DNA of 60,563 nt, filler included, from Sphacelaria rigidula (taxonomy: Eukaryota), in assembly GCA_964200075.2 (NCBI GenBank). It is 8 parts of 8 records of this genome, joined end to end, with 100 filler letters (N's around TTAATTAATTAA, not from the genome) between each part and the next. Parts side by side here need not be neighbours in the genome. Positions count along the whole stretch, not along the records: positions 53,082 to 60,563 come from CAXNAA020014718.1; 7 more parts are not named here. The stretch is one strand, 5' to 3'. Position numbers and translations under genes: made by a program. The notes under the pieces are model-generated. The model was not told where the DNA came from, did no database searches, and worked only from the letters and a program-made list of their open reading frames with translations. Shown piece by piece: positions 59,181 through 60,563 of the stretch. Positions within the stretch are counted from its first letter, which is position 1. Each line of letters opens with the position of its first letter.

Positions 59181-59257
59181 GCAAACTGATACAACTTCTA
59201 GCAGTAGCGGTAGCGCTTTTGGCAGCGCTCCCACATTACGGACATACATACACTCAC

Positions 59258-59355
59258 CATACAGCCTCGCCCAACCTCGATAGCGCCAGATAAGCTCTTC
59301 CCCTCACAAGCAAAGCCTTGGCACGTGCCGTAGCGAAAGGCTTGTCCGTCCGCCC
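59258..59355 (-). CDS. Exon of TPR protein gene
   Basis: ATCAG acceptor, GTGAGT donor; GRTDKPFATARAKALLVRGRAYLALSRLGEAV is TPR helix A/B; ends in phase 2. Confidence 0.82.
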
Positions 59356-60192
59356 CTGATTCAGCGTCATCATGCACGGTGACATAATGGTGAATGACGC
59401 ACAAGAGAGGGAACACAAGACACACTTTAAAGCTTAATGCGTTTGTTTTTCGTGAGAGAAACAATATCAAGATCAAGCATCGAATATTTATCTTTTCGCT
59501 TGTGCCGGTGAGTGACCACCTCACGATTGGCCGAGGACATGCCTACTCTCACACTCAGAATTGTTTTCCGGGAATTGTCACGATTTGGAGTTCTGTGAGA
59601 TAGCTAACCACTTCAAATGTACGACTACGAGTTGTGTGCGTATATATATATATATATATATCACAAAAAAAAGTGTGCGCAAATAATACCCAACTCCTTG
59701 GAAAATAAGAGAAAAACTCGGTGAGAAAAAGCAGAGGAAGTTGTCCCGACTTTGCTTGCCATCACGTGCTTTTACGTATCATTGGGATAACTCAACTCCA
59801 CCTAAAATTAATATATACAGACGATATCAAATAGACAAATAACTTCTGAGACAGATACCAGACAGATACATTCAAGGTTATGCTCTGTAGGGTATACCGA
59901 CTGAAAGTAAGGTACTACATTATTATACCAGAGGTATAGAACAGGGACATTTTATCGGTACAGGCCCTTCCGAATTATACCCGAGTGTTCGGAACATGGC
60001 TCAAGACCCTGCCGACCCATATCAAAATGTTCGGCACACATTCCGGTATGGTTCAGTATGCCATCTGAACATCCGCCATATCCGGTTTTCCCTACACAAC
60101 ACAACCATGTATCTACATCGATCGATGAAGCCATCTATCCTCCTGTGCATAGTCACGGGTATAGAGACACATCGAGACATGAATGCACGCAC

Positions 60193-60330
60193 CTCGAGAG
60201 AAACCAGAGTCAATGCGTTGTAGCAGTCGTCGAGAGCGGCGAGCGGCTGGCCCTGCCCGAGCCTCGAGGATCCCCGCAGGCAGAATGCCTCAGCATTCGG
60301 CAGGACGGCACAAACGTCTGATTCGAGCGC
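60193..60330 (-). CDS. Exon of TPR protein gene
   Basis: Polypyrimidine tract plus TTTCAG acceptor, GTGCGT donor; ALESDVCAVLPNAEAFCLRGSSRLGQGQPLAALDDCYNALTLVSLE is a TPR; phase 0/0. Confidence 0.82.
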
Positions 60331-60508
60331 CTGAAAGACGGGTCGGAGAAGAACACCAAGGAAGGAGAAACGGGGAAAATGATTGAAGGCACACGTCAGG
60401 TATCAGGCATTTCTCCCGTCACTCATCTCCGGAACAAAATCGACACGCTCGGGCATCATACTTTAAGAATATGGGGAGTATTTATGTAACACGCAGGGGG
60501 GAGTGGGT

Positions 60509-60563
60509 GTACTCATGATCATGCATGCCATAGTCATAAGACCATTGACCTCGCATCCCTACA
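60509..60563 (-). mobile_element. RTEX-like LINE 3' end (subfamily B), cut by contig end
   Basis: GTACTCATGATCATGCATGCCATAGTCATAAGACCATTGACCTCGCATCCC, preceded by a G-run. Confidence 0.8.

Overview
Eukaryotic, repeat-rich genomic DNA, inferred to be a stramenopile and probably a brown alga. The basis is long GT-AG introns, a flagellar dynein-assembly gene and the TE/microsatellite make-up; this was not confirmed by any search. The window is not one locus. It is eight contigs of 7484, 7484, 7484, 7483, 7482, 7482, 7482 and 7482 bp, sorted by size and joined by 100-nt N/TTAATTAATTAA/N linkers, so nothing should be linked across the gaps. Host genes: the first seven exons of a DNAAF1/ODA7-like LRR gene, three exons of a TMF1/golgin-like gene, four exons of a TPR + coiled-coil gene, one isolated coiled-coil exon, and tRNA-Ala(AGC). 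Most of the rest is mobile DNA: degenerate Gypsy and Copia LTR elements, RTE and RTEX-like LINEs, tRNA-derived SINEs, hAT and Tc1/mariner-type MITEs, foldbacks and microsatellites. Four observations stand out. (1) Ten LINE 3' ends have no poly(A) or microsatellite tail and abut C-runs, several with target-site duplications containing the C-run. (2) The Gypsy integrase has a chromodomain followed by a second PWWP/Tudor-like module. (3) Two near-perfect long hairpins are small-RNA precursor candidates. (4) An unclassified, coding-like high-copy repeat family is repeatedly hit by the C-run LINEs.
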